Source: Eledone cirrhosa
Lineage: Eukaryota
NCBI GenBank assembly: GCA_964016885.1
Contig: OZ024748.1
Coordinates: 27,032,001 to 27,096,000, forward strand
DNA: 64,000 bases
Direction of reading: 5' to 3'
The notes beneath the pieces were generated by a model. The model was not told the origin of the DNA. It was given only the letters and a program-made list of their open reading frames with translations, and did not search any database. The position numbers were made by a program, and so were the translations under genes. Positions 1 through 13,700 of this stretch are shown piece by piece (positions within the stretch are counted from its first letter, which is position 1; each line of letters opens with the position of its first letter).

Positions 1-34
1 GTATTTAAGAATTAAACAATAAATGAAAACATAC

Positions 35-52
35 CTGCAATAAGACTGTATC
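35..52 (-). CDS. DNPEP: Candidate DNPEP 18-nt micro-exon (DTVLLQ)
   Basis: T-rich tract+cag|GAT ACA GTC TTA TTG CAG|gtatgt; phase 0-0; starts with the Asp expected after VPLQ. Confidence 0.5.
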
Positions 53-82
53 CTGTATCATGCAATAAAATATAAATATATA

Positions 83-367
83 CAGTGTACACCCGGCATT
101 CGCGGAATTTTCATGAGAACCTAACTAATAATTGTTTGTGAAACCACATGTTCACGGAATCATATCTTCCGCGATTTTTAATGGCTTTTTTTGTGGCGAT
201 ATATATTTTTTCACACTTTTTAACATTAAATTATCAATAGCAATATGCCGTATTTGCAGGCCTATATTTTACGTTATGTTTTGATGTATATAGGTATTTT
301 ATGAACCACGTCCAATATTCACGGTTGCTCTAGGTACATAATCCCTGTGAATACCAGGGGACAACTG
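83..367. mobile_element. pogo/Tigger-like MITE
   Basis: TA|CAGTGTACACCCGGCATTCGCGG ... CTGTGAATACCAGGGGACAACTG|TA; imperfect TIRs with TA TSD. Confidence 0.65.
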
Positions 368-1210
368 TATTTCAAATATGTTTCCTTTGTTTGTTTTCTA
401 TCATATAAACTCGCGTAAAAAAACTCTCAAAAATTTTCAATCATTTTTTGGTTATGTATAATAATTATATATATATATAAATATATTTTAAGTGTGTGTA
501 TGTATCTATTAATGTATGTGAGTGTGTGTTCAGATAATTCTCGACGAGGCTTCGTAGCCAGTAAACCCAACCCTAAAGAGACGCAACTCCAGCCGGGATC
601 ATGCGAGAAGGAGTGTCGAAAATTTTTCTTTTCGATGTAGCGAGAAATTTTGGCTGCTTGGGGTTCAATTTTCGTTTGTTGTCCTAAAATATTTGTTGTA
701 ATGAATCTCGTTATAACGAGATTCTTTTATCATTGTTTTAATAAGTTGGAAAGGGAGTGTATATCTGTTACACCTATTTTAATTAGGTATGTTTAGTGGG
801 TTGTATATGATGTAGGAGCTGATGTTCGATAATAATATTGCCATCGAATTAAGTAAACATGAGCTTGTGGCCAGGGATTGAAAAAAAATGTCATTATAAT
901 GGAATTTTACTGTATTGTCACAAAACTAACAAGTCAATTACATTGACCCGAAAACATAACTGGTACTTAATTTTATCTAGCACTAGCCCACGACCAGCAA
1001 GTCAATTATGGAAGTATGAAAGGTATATTTGACCAGAATATAGAATGTTGTAACTAAATAACTCAAAGCATTGTTTGATGCTCTCTTGATTACTGCCAAT
1101 CTACCTCAATAAATAATAAATGATAAAGTAATATAATAATACAGCAAATAATGGTTTCCGATTTAGGCACAAGACCAACAATTTTTTGGGGGGAGGGGCA
1201 AGTCGATCAA

Positions 1211-1444
1211 CCCTTTAGCATTTACATTACTCTATATATACTACTGTATTTTTGTGGTAAAGGCTTTATCTTACATAATTATCTTACATAATTATCTCAC
1301 ATAATATTGAAGCTACAAGATTTCAATGTTATTTATTTTGAGAACAATACCTTAACATAAGTATGAGCGACTGGTTACAACCGGTTTGAATAGAAAGAAG
1401 TGAGAGAATCCTGGCCGGATACGGCCAGTTTAAATGCTAAAGGG
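1211..1444. mobile_element. piggyBac-like MITE nested in a SINE
   Basis: TIRs CCCTTTAGCATTT...AAATGCTAAAGGG; TTAA on the right, TCAA on the left; sister copy at 27978-28197. Confidence 0.75.
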
Positions 1445-1632
1445 TTAAATCAACCCCATTGCATTACTGGTGCTTTATTTTATCAATCTGCAATTCAGAA
1501 AAACAAAGTTAACTTTGGCAGGATTTGAAATCAGTAAAGAGCAATATCTTTATGTCACAAAGTATGTTGTGCAACACTACCAATACTGCCGATCCACCGC
1601 CCTTAATACAGTAAATAATAAACTGTTTTTAC

Positions 1633-1734
1633 CTGCAGTGGTACATTGGCCCGCTCAGCAATTTTGCGCAATATAGCACATGTGATTGCTGTTGAAGCAT
1701 ACAAATGTCTTGCATTAATCTTCAACACGTAACC
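1633..1734 (-). CDS. DNPEP: DNPEP exon 13
   Basis: ttcag|[34 protein letters not shown]|gtaaaa. Confidence 0.92.
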
Positions 1735-4700
1735 CTGAAAAATTATAGAAAAGAAACTAAGATACAAACAGTTAAACCATCTAATCCATGGAAAATAGAC
1801 ATAAAACAATATTGATGCTAATGAAGATACATATACACACACAAACACACAACACAGGAGTACACAAACACACAACACAGGAGTACACATACACACACAG
1901 AGATAAATATGTGTACAAATGAAACAAGAGCACTCAATACAAGTCATGATGGTTAAATATTTGTATTAATAGTTTGAGACTTAAAGTTTCACAGATATAA
2001 AAACATGTCTGATTCTTCAAATCTGCTATAAACTGAACACTATGTTTGAGATTTTCTTCAGGTATGATCAATAAACCTTTCAAATAATTATCATTTAACA
2101 TCTGTTTTCCTTGCTAGGATGGGTTGGACAGATCACAGACTGATCAGTACTGAAGTGAAGCTTCTGACATCGAAGGGGGCTGGAGGCCTGACATATGACC
2201 CTGCACTTCATTTTATTGTTGCACCAACACTAGGGAAGTTATGCCTTTGGCACAGCTGAAAACTCCCCCTAAGCCTTTTTTTGGTAAGTTTTCTATGGCT
2301 GAATTCAGTTCCCATCACCAACAGGTGATCATTTATCATGTAGATCACCAGCACCAAGAAAGCTGTCATGTCTACAGCACAGACCCTTTGTTTATCAAGT
2401 TTTCTATGGCTGGATGCCCTTCCTACAACTAACCTGGAAGAGAGGAAGCATACAAATAAAAAAAATGAAAGTAGTGAAAGAGTCTTTACCTTATGCATTT
2501 CAATTCTGTGGTGTTCTTCATGTTTCTCCCTGAAATTAAAGAAGAGAAATAACAATAACAGCAGCAATAATGATTTCTAATTTAGGCACAAGGCCAATAA
2601 TTTGTAGAGAGGGGAAAGTTGAGTATATTGACCGCAGTGTATTACTGGTGCTTTATTTTATCAACACCATAAGTGAGAAAGGTGAAGCTAACCTTAGCGG
2701 GAATTGAAGTCAGAACGTAAAAGGTTGTAACTATATGCTGCAAAGCATGTTGCCCAACAATTTACCGAGACTGTCAATCCACTGATACAGCAATAATAAT
2801 AAAGATTTTTAATTTAGGCGCAAGGTCAACTGTAGGGAAGGGAAAGTCAATTCTATCCATCCCCAATACTTTATTGGTACTTAATTTTATTGATTCCATA
2901 GGGTTGAAAGGCAAAGTTGACCTTGGTGGGATTTAAACACAGAATGTAAAGAGCTGGAAGAAATACCACAAGGAACTTTGTCCGTTGCTCCAACAATTCT
3001 GCCATTCCACCATCATCATCATTGTTTTATATCTATTTTCCATGCTTGCATGGGTTAGACTAGGGGCATGCAACAGGCGGCCTGCGGGCCACAATCCAGC
3101 CCACCAGACCAGTCAGAGAGGCCTGCAATGACCGTTTTTAATTTTTATCTTGTAAGCTTATTTAGAATTTTTTTCGTAACCATAATAACATTTTCTGTTA
3201 GAGGCCCTATACTAAAGGGCTTCACTGATAGGGTTATGTGGATTATAATCTCCCAGTTCCATGTTATGGAAAGAAGTTGTGGTGAATCTTTGGAATAGTG
3301 CTTAATAAATATTAATTGCCCTAATAGTTGTTCCAATGTTCAAAAGTGGCCCGCCAAAAGAATATGTTGCACACCCCTGGGTTAGACCAATAATGATAAC
3401 TTTTTCTAACAGTGGCACAAGGCCAGCAATTTGGGAGAAAGGGAAAGTTGATTATATCGAACTCAGTACTTAACTGGTTCTGTATTTTATTGACCTCAGA
3501 AGGATGAAAGGCAAAGTTGACCTCGGAGCGATTTGAACACAGAATGCAGAAAGTCATAACTAAATACTGCAAGGTATTTTGCTCAATGATCTTCTGTTAC
3601 TGTAAATCCACTGCCTTTAGTAGTAGAGGTATTTGTAGTATTAGTAATAATAATAATGTTTTCTGATTTAGGCACAACAAACGATTTCAGGGGAGGGGAA
3701 GTCGATCAAATCGAACACAGTGAGTTACTGGTACTTTATTTTATTAACCCTGTAGGGACGAAAGGCAAAGCTAACCTCGGCGGGACTTGAACTCAGAACG
3801 TAAAAGCTGCAAATACATTCTGTCTGACGCTCCACCAACAATCAACTGTAAAAATAATAATAATAATAATTGTTTCTACTTTTGGCACAAGGCCAGCAAT
3901 TACCCAGTGCATTACTGGTACTTTATTTTATCGACCCAGTAAGGATGAAAAGCAAAGTTAACCTCGACGGGATTTGAACTCAGACCATAAAGGGGCGTAA
4001 CTATGCTAGAAAGCATGGTGTCCAACCCTCTACCGATACTGCCAATAATAATAATAATTATTTCTACTTTTGGCACAAGGCCAGCAATTATCCCAGTGCA
4101 TTACTGGTACTTTATTTCATCGACCTCGTAAGGATGAAAGGCAAAGTTAACCTCAGCGGGATTTGAACTCAGACCATAAAGGGCCGTAACTCTGATGCAA
4201 AGCATGGCGTCCGACCCTCTACCGATACTGCCAAACCACCACCCTTAATAATTGTTTCTACTTTAGGCACAAGGCCAGCAATACCCAGTGCATTACTGGT
4301 ACTTTATTTTATCGACCCAGTAAGGATGAAAGGCAAAGTTAACCTCGGCGGGATTTAAACTCAGATCGTAAAGGGACGTAACTACGCTGGAAAGCATGTC
4401 TGACCCTCTACCGATACTGCCAATTCACCGCCCTTAATAATAATAATAATAATAAAAAAAGGAGTTTACCCATAATTTGGATGAATAGCATGGGCTTGAT
4501 CAGCACTGAGATGATATGACTTTGGTATGGCCTCTTCAAAAGCCAACACTTTTCCTTCACAGATTCTTCTCATGACCAACTCTGTGAGTATAGAGGCAGC
4601 TCCTTGTGCAGTGTTTGACCCCACCTATTAATGGAACAAAACAACCTTAGAACAGTCTGTCATGTCTTACTATCTCTATACGGACGTTTAAATTGATTAA

Positions 4701-7700
4701 ATAAAATTTAAAAAATAAACAAATAACAAACCAGTGAAACTTACTTCTTCATTATCATACAGTGCTATCATACGAATGTTCTTTTCTTCTGCTAAACTGT
4801 TCTCTTTGCAGGATTCAATGAGAGCCTAGAATATTTTAAAGAATAAATAAATACATTAGCCGCTATTATGAAGTTTCAATACATTACCTTGTCATCCAAT
4901 TAAAAATTAACATACCACCACCACCACCATTGTAATACATTTGTTTAAATCTTTCTAGTGATGACGTCAACAACACTAACACCATCCCCACCATCAAAAA
5001 CAACACTGCCAACGACACCAACACTACAACTAACAACAATACCACCAACACCATCACCACCAGCAATGCCACCATTACCTCCACCACCACCAACAACAAC
5101 AACAACAACAACGATAACAAAATTGATATTGGAATTTAGACTTACCTTACAAGCACAGAAGGAGTTCACCAAGTTATCGAGGCGTGGAGAAAAGATAAAC
5201 TCTTCACATATTCCACCAATAACCTACAACACATGAAAAATTTAAACAAGTTGACAGATGTCTCGTATAGGTCTGCAGATATTACAGAAAATAACTTACA
5301 ACATATAACACACATTAAACTCTTCACATATCACACCAACAATCTACAACACACATTACATAAAACATCTTCACATACCTCACAAAAGACATACAACATG
5401 CAATAGAAACTTTTCACATATTCTACCAATAACCTACAACAGACAAGATATTTACACAAGTCAACAAGTTTTGTGTATGTCTGTAGATATTAGACAAAAT
5501 ATCAGGCTGTGTGCAACTGGGATCTACTATTAAGGAACTCACTGCTGGTTGGGTATCTGCAAGACAAAGTTCAAAGTCCATAATTTGTTCTGGTTCAACT
5601 TGGAGTTCTTGAGAAAGTAGCTTCATTAGTACAGAATGGTGCTTCGCAGTCTGAAAACAAAAGAGGAATCAGTAAATGGACATTGTAAAACTTTAAAAAA
5701 GGTGTTTCAATGGCAGAGACCGAGATTAAATCTCTTATAGTAATCTAGAAGCATTCTTCAATGTTCTGATTGCTTTCATAAAATTGTCTCCAAACAACAT
5801 TCCAGATTTTTTATAGAGTGTAGACGCAGATGAAATAACCCTTTAAATTTATTTGCAGTGAACCCAATATTATCTTTGGATACTAACGTAGCAGGTTGAT
5901 GGGTGTAATGCTGAGTGCTGTATGGCTGGAATGAAAATCAGTGCCACGAAAACTGAGACACTCGTCCTCTCAAAGAAGCCTGTGCAGTGCACTCTACATG
6001 TGAATGTAGCTGTGTTCATGAGTGATGAAAAGTAGGGGGCTGAATTAATTGCAAGAATTGCAAAAGCTAATGCAGTAATGTGTCAGCTTCAGCATTCAGT
6101 AATCAGAAGAGAAGTAGGCATAAAAGCCAAACTCGCTATCTTCAATTCGGTTTTCGTGTCAACCTTTACTTATGGTCATGAATCTTGGGTAAAGAATACA
6201 AGTGGCCAAAATGGGATTCCTCCAAAGGGTCTTTGGAATAACCAACTGGTAGGAGATCCAGAGCAAGATGGTTGATAACATCCAAATTGATTATTACATT
6301 TCCACGCATCTATGTTATGACTGAGAAAGGAGGGGGGATGAGAAACTATAGAAGTCCAGCGTTCTAGGATTTGTCACAGTTGTGTGAGTGAGTGCAAAGG
6401 AACCAACCAACCAACAAACATCTGTTTTTTATATTATATATTATATTATACTACATCTAAACCCATGCTAGCGTGGACGATAGACGTTAAACGATGATGA
6501 TGATGATATAGATATTACAATTAGCTGTCATTTTTGACAGCTCGGGGCCAGCTAGTATGTATATATAGAAATATAAGTCATCATCATTTTATGTCCTCTT
6601 TTCCCTGCGTGCAAGGGTAGGATGGGTCCTATTCAGCACAGCATCCCTTCATTCATCACAGTCCTTTGTCATCTCCTCTGAGCTTCTGTGATCTGATGTC
6701 TGCTCTCACCACCTCTGCCCATGATTTTCGTGGTCTTCCTTCCACTGGGTTTTCTTGGCACTTCTTTACCCAGCGGTCATCCTCAATGCCCATACCAACG
6801 CAGTCTTCTCTCCCGCATACTACAGCTTATCCCTCTTATACACAGTTTCCCATTGCACATCCAACGGAGCATGCTTGCTTCATTTCTCTCCAGCCGTCGC
6901 ATACCCTCTGTTGTTGCTGCCTATGTCTCAATACCATGCAGCATCGCGCATTTCACACAAGCATCATATAACCGGCCTTTCATACGCAGGGAGAAACCCT
7001 TCTTTGTCAACAGAGGAAGCAGCTCCCTAAACTTCTTCTAACCCATCCTTATTCTATATACTATGGCCGCGGAGCACCCTCCTCCCTTGCTAATCTGATC
7101 ACCTAGGTATCCGAAGCTATCAACCACCTCTATAGATCCTAGCTGTATTTGAAAAATGTGTCCATCACTGCGACATCTGTCAAATTTCCCTGAACATCTA
7201 CTGCATATGTAATTTTACCTACCTGTTAGTTTGCCTGCTATTCCACTACATTTCTTGTGTACATTCTATAGAATTTATGCCAACTCCTTTTCTACATATC
7301 AAACATGGCCATTTCCCTGATGGAATCAGAGTTTTGTCCTCTTTTCTACTTATCAACACTTTAGTCATAGCTAGGTTCACTTTCAATCCTCTTGATTCCA
7401 ACTGCTGTTTCCAAAGCCAGAAATTATTCTCTACCTCCTCTACTGATTCTGCTATAAGTACCAGATCATCAGCATAGAGAAGTTCCCATGAGCAGTCAGT
7501 CTTAAACTCCTCTGTTATGGTTTGGAGAACTATAATATACAAGAGTGGGCTGAGGACCGAACCCTGATGCACTCCCACTTGTGTCTGGAGTTCCTCATTA
7601 AATTCCATTCCTACTCTCACTTTACTGAGAGCACCTCTGTACATAGCTTGCACTGTCCTCACAAACCTCTCCTCTACACCTAGTTTCCTTAGGGACCACC

Positions 7701-10700
7701 AGATGGCAGATCGGGGCACTCTATCAAAGGCCTTCACTTTATTGCATTATAAGGCTTGGAAAATTTTTCCTTGAGCTATTTTGATTATAAGGGATTATTG
7801 CGAGATTTTAACTCAACATATATTTTGATAAATTGAGCTCCTATGCTTTTGTTGAGCTTTTAATATGTTGAATGGTTCTGGCTGTATTTTTTTAGTAGTT
7901 TGCGTTCTATTCGACCCGCTAGGCACACGATCCCATATGCGTTTTTTCTCTCTTAACACACACACACATTATTTAGTCTTCTAAGAAATTTAGTAGTGGC
8001 GTGATTACCGATCCGAACATCCATTGGCAAAGTATTGGATCTTTAACTCTCTTCACTGAATTGCGAAACAGTTCTACCCAAAGCTGTCTGGGTGTTGGTA
8101 GTTATAATCGATTTGTAAATCTTAATTTATACTTTTACTTCAGTTTTGTGAACCGATTATCTTTAGTCAGTATTTTCTTCACCCTGGTGGTTTATGTCAC
8201 TTGTGATTTGAACGCATATACGTATATATGTGTTTGTCTCTTTCTTTCTCTTCTTTTCATTTTACGTCCGCTTTTTCCCTGCTTGCAAGGGTGGGACGGG
8301 AACTGATTCTGGCTTGATTTCTACAGCTGGATGCCCTTCCTAACACCAACTTCATTTACAGTGAGTGCTGGGTGCTTTTTTGCCATGGCACCTACACGTC
8401 CACTTTACAGTGGAATGATATGGACCCCAATCCCTATCATCTCATTTCTACAGCTGAGTAAACTGGAGCAATGTGAAATAAAGTGTCTTGCTCAAGGAAA
8501 CAACACATCGCCTGGTGTGAGAATTGAACTCACAACCTTTCGATTGCATGGCCAATGCTCTAACCACTAAGCCATGTGCCTCTCAATACTTTATTGTATA
8601 TATATATGAAATGGTTGAAGGATTTTATATAACAAATATTCCAATTGAGAATCGTATCCTTAGTTTACTCTTACCTGTGATGATGGTGATGAAGGCTTGG
8701 TTGAGGTTTCTTCATTTAAATGAGCTTTGATTTTGGTGGCTAGGATCGGGTTCCTAAATGAAAAAAAAAAAACAAGAAAAACCTTTACCTTAATTGATAC
8801 TAAATCTATATTCAAAACATGGATAAACACAATATAGAAATGAATTTAACAACAAAAATTTTAAGGCCATTTTGTCCATTAAAGCCAAAGATTAGCCTGG
8901 GGAGCTCCATGACATGCTTCATACTCATTATGGGGTCCTTTTTTGAGGCCATATTTCAGTTGACTTTTATGAAACACAGGTATCTGCTGTATCTATTCTA
9001 AACCCTATAGAGTGGTATTGCTGGTGATACAATAAAGAGCATGCAGATCTCCCTGTAGGATGATAGTGTTGGTGCCACAACAAAAAGCACCCAGTCCCTC
9101 TTGTATGATGGGCATACTAGTGCCACAGTGAAGAGCACCCAGCACACACCGGAAAGAACATTCAGCTATTGAAATCAAGCCCAAAACAGAGCATACAAGT
9201 ATGACATGGTTACCTGACAACTCTAGTCTCTGTATGTGACAGCCTGTGACTCATGCCAGCATGGAAAACAGATGTTAAATGCTGCTGCTGCTGATGATGA
9301 TACACAGATTATAATGTAGACATGAATTTGTCTTATGTTTTACTGTAGGGATTGCTGGGGGCTAGGAACCATCATTTGTAGCCAGGTGGCACCTACTCTG
9401 GCTTTGAGAAAAAACAGTATTTAGATATCTGAATCAAACTATAAAGGAGGCCTGAGCCAACAGAGGAGACCTCCATGTAGACACTCGACATGCTAGAAAT
9501 GGATTACAATTAAAGAGAAAAATAAGTGTATTCAATGCTTTAATAAAACAAAGACAAGGTCTTTCATCATAGGTTACCTTGAATTCGACCCCAATACAGC
9601 CCTGCTACCAGGCACTAACCTCTCTCAGAAGGAATGGGTGTCCCTGAATTAGCTACACACATTTGTCCTCTCAAAGAAGCCTGTGCAGTGAAGCAGGTAG
9701 AGAAGTTCAAGTATCTTGGAGCCGTGTTCATGAGTGATGGAAGGCAGGAGACTGAATTAAGTGCAAGAATTGCAGGTGCTGGTGCAGTAATGCACCAGCT
9801 TCAGCATTTGGTAATCAGAAGGAAGGTAGGCGTAAAAGCCAAACTCGCTATCTTCAATTCGGTATTCGTGCTAACCCTTACCTGTGGTCGTGAATCTTGG
9901 GTAATGACCGAAAGAATACAATCACGAATACAAGTGGCTGAAATGGGATTCCTCCGAAGGGTCTTTGGAGTAACTTTACTCGATAAAGTGCAAAGCTCAG
10001 AGATCAAAGAGTCACTTGAGGTAGAGCTGCTACTTCTCTGAACTGAGAGATCACAGCTCCGATACTATGGGCATGTGGTTAGAATGTCTCAGGAAAGAAT
10101 CGCTGGACAGATTTTATGGGCAAAACCAATCGGTGGTAGACCCCGAGCAAGATGATTGGATAACATCCATGAGCTTCGCTGATCTCACTTGGGATCCAGC
10201 CAGATCAATTGGAGATGGTGGCTTCCGACAGGACCTGCTGGAAGGAGTGTTTGAGGACTCTGCTCCCCACGACCCTCTCAAGGATAAGTGGGCAAAGAAG
10301 AAGAAAAAAAAAGGTGTCCAGTTCTCTTACAAATGCTCCTCTTTGTTAAGACTCAGTTTCTCGTTGACATCTCTCTGTAAGTGGATAGCAAGATGAGGAA
10401 TACGAAGAATTGGTTTCTTTACATTCACCAGACGATGTTCAATTCCATTGCCAGTCTGACAAAAATATAGAGAATTACAAGGATGATGTTTAGAGTTATA
10501 AGTTTATAGATAAATAATTAAGTTAATGTTAACATATTTTTTAAAATCAGAAACTGCAATGTGTTTTTTATAAATAATAAAAATAAAGAGAAAAAATTAC
10601 TTTAAAAAATAGAATTTTTTTCTTAACTATTAACATTTTACAATAATTTCATAGAAAATGTTTAAAAATGAGTTTCCTAATTGAAATTTTAATAGTATCT

Positions 10701-13700
10701 TTATTAGTGAACAGATTGTTGTGAAAATTTGCAGTAAAGTAAAGACTTTCATTTTTTAATGTAACACAGTCATGGTACTGTTTTGTACATGCAATTTCAT
10801 GAGGTACAGGACATTACGAGTTAAATAAAAAGAAAATTTGTAGTTTCAGAACCTCCAATCTTCAAAACAAAAAAAAAAAGAAAAGAGAAGATATTTAGAC
10901 CCCACCAACACTGGTGGATACTAAAATAATTATCAAAGAGTAGGTGGTTCAAAAGATTCACATATAAAGAAATAAGTGTCATTCTTTGAAGATACTTACA
11001 TCAACCATTACTCGACCAGCTAACGTAAGATCACGGTCTAGCCAGGTTGCCCAAATACCTCCTCCATAACAGTGCACACCAACCATCAGGTAACCATGTC
11101 TTTCCTTATTGGAGACTGGTTTTACCTGTTGAACAGTTTAGAAACATAATTAAATACATAAATAAATAAAAAAGAATTATCCAATTTTATTTACAATTTA
11201 TAAAAGTTATAAAAGAAGAATACAACTTTATATTCAGATATGTATTGTACAATTTACCGCATGATTATATGGTCATTTGTTTAAAAAATGTAGCCTTTTG
11301 AAATACACTGTATATTCACATATCAAGAAAAAAATAACAGAACAAGAACCAATGTTTAATAGAATTATATAGCAGCTCTCTCAGACTGTTTGGCCACATC
11401 AAATGGTCAACTTGTGGTCGTGGTCACTCTTAAAATCTGTCTAGGGGATATGGTACCTACAAGGAGTAACTGAGGACACCCCAATTCAATAACAATGGTA
11501 ACGAAGCAGGGGGTCTCTCCGAAATCTGTCTGGAGGGTGTGATATCTGGTAAGAGCAACCGAAGATGCTCCAATAGTAGATGGAAAGACCAGCTCCTAAA
11601 ATAAACTCAATATCAACCACAGACAATTCAATGACAATAAACAGGGATAAATGAAGGAAATATGTTAATGATGTTTTGTATTCTGTTGTAAGTTGAAATA
11701 ATTAAAATATATCAAATACCGACTTGATTTATCAAAAAATAAAAAGGAGACATCAAATAATGTTATTTGAGGTACATTTTGCCTGAAAATAAGACTGGAT
11801 GGTCATAACTTGGATGCATTTGACTATAGGTCTACTTAATGAGGACTGACTCTGGAGCTAATAATATCATTAAACTATAGGTCTACTTAACGAGGACTGA
11901 CTCTGGAGCTAAACAATAGCATTAAACTTTTTGATAACAGCCCACCTGATACCATTCTTGGTTCTATGATACAAAACTGTCCATTTTAAGTGTTTATCTA
12001 AGCCTTCCATTACAATTTTATGCAAGAACCTTTTGTTAAACTGCCAGAAATTGTCCCTGGTTTCAGGATACAAAGCTGTTTGTTTTAAAGTGTTTATATT
12101 GTGGCACCAGCACTAGGGAGGGTGTTGTGTCTTTAGCAAAACTGAAGAGTCAGTTTTAGCCAGGTAGGTGTTTAAAGGATGAAAAACAAAACAAATATAA
12201 TTGAAGAATTAAGAGAGAAAAGATGAGGTAAATTATGATTTACCTTAAGGCAGGGACTATCAACATGGGCCCCAATCAGGCTGAATCCATTCGCAGATTT
12301 GTAGTGAGCGCCAACAGCAAAAGCAATAATCATAGACTCATTTCTGGTCAAAAAGTACTAAAACAAAAAAATATAGAAATAGTGAATTAAATAAAAATAA
12401 AATAAATACCAAACTTGAAAAAAAAAAAAAAGTACTGGGGTTAATATGATTAACTAAATTCCCTTTAAAGGTGATGCCCGAGCATAGCCACAATCTAAAG
12501 ACTGAAGCAGGGTTGGACAGTTGTTAGAAGCCAAGACTAGATGGTCTAAACTAGATACACAACTTAAAGAACCAGGTCTTGCTCATGCGTTCCATATTTT
12601 GACAAGACTCCTATGTCTGATTGCCCTTTCTAACACAAACTTCTTTACAATGTAATAAACGACTGATAGGTTTCAAAAAGCTGATAGAATGTGGTAGAAA
12701 TGTATAAAGGGCTAAGGATAACAAAACAAAAGAAAGTAATGTTTTACCCAGTATATTTCAACATGATATTTCAAATGTGAAACGGAAATGATTCAAAACA
12801 AAAATGATCGCTGTGTTCTACCCTAACTGTGTCTGAAATACATATGCATGGAGCTGTTATCCTAACCAATCTGCTTTGATCATTTCCAATCTATTATTCA
12901 TTTGTGGCTTTTTCTTGTTGATGATAATGGCCTTCTTGATACTTAAATTTCCCACATTCTTTTCCATCACCTCTATGGTGATCTCAATGTCTTGGCTGTA
13001 GCATCTGTCAAGATCTCGTCATCATGTGCTTCTTGATCCATATGTGCAGAGTCTACTTAACATATATGAATTAACATAAAACAGGTTGACATACTTTCTT
13101 GGAATTTTCCAAAACCCAATGGTCTGCTTCTCTTAACTCTTCAAAACCAGCAGCTTTCAGCATGGTTTTAAGTTCATAGGTAGCTGGAAGCAAAATAAAA
13201 CAGAATATATTTATTTGTTTAATCAATTTAAACGTCTGTCTTGAGCTAGTAAGCCATGACAGAGTATGAGAGGTATCTAGTACTCCTTACAGTTAAGAAA
13301 CAAAAACAAGATAGACAGAGAGATAAAAAAGGGAAGTCCAACAGAAGTCAAAAGAAACATAAGATACAAAAAAAAAAATGTGGAAAACACAGGGAAGCTA
13401 TAAAGTAGATAGCTAAACATTTCTGTAGTTGAAACTTTTCATAGTCTCCATGTAGTGGAAGTTCTTGTTTATATTTGGTAGATCTTTATATATATACGAG
13501 GGGGGATCAAAAAGTTTGCGGAATTTTATCGTAGTAAGAAAAAAATAGGTTAAAACAATATTAAACATGTCAGAACATTGTCACTGGGTGTTTATCTTGC
13601 TATTAGTCACTTGCAGTCAGTACTGACACACTTTAAAAAACCTCTTTTTGGAACAATGGAAAATAGTTATTTTGAGATAAGATTGAATATCAAGTTTCTG

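Noticed and set aside
8510-8582. tRNA-like sequence with A/B boxes and a TGC anticodon-like loop
   Set aside because: It is the head of SINE family B, continuous with body and tail in four copies; no proper acceptor stem.
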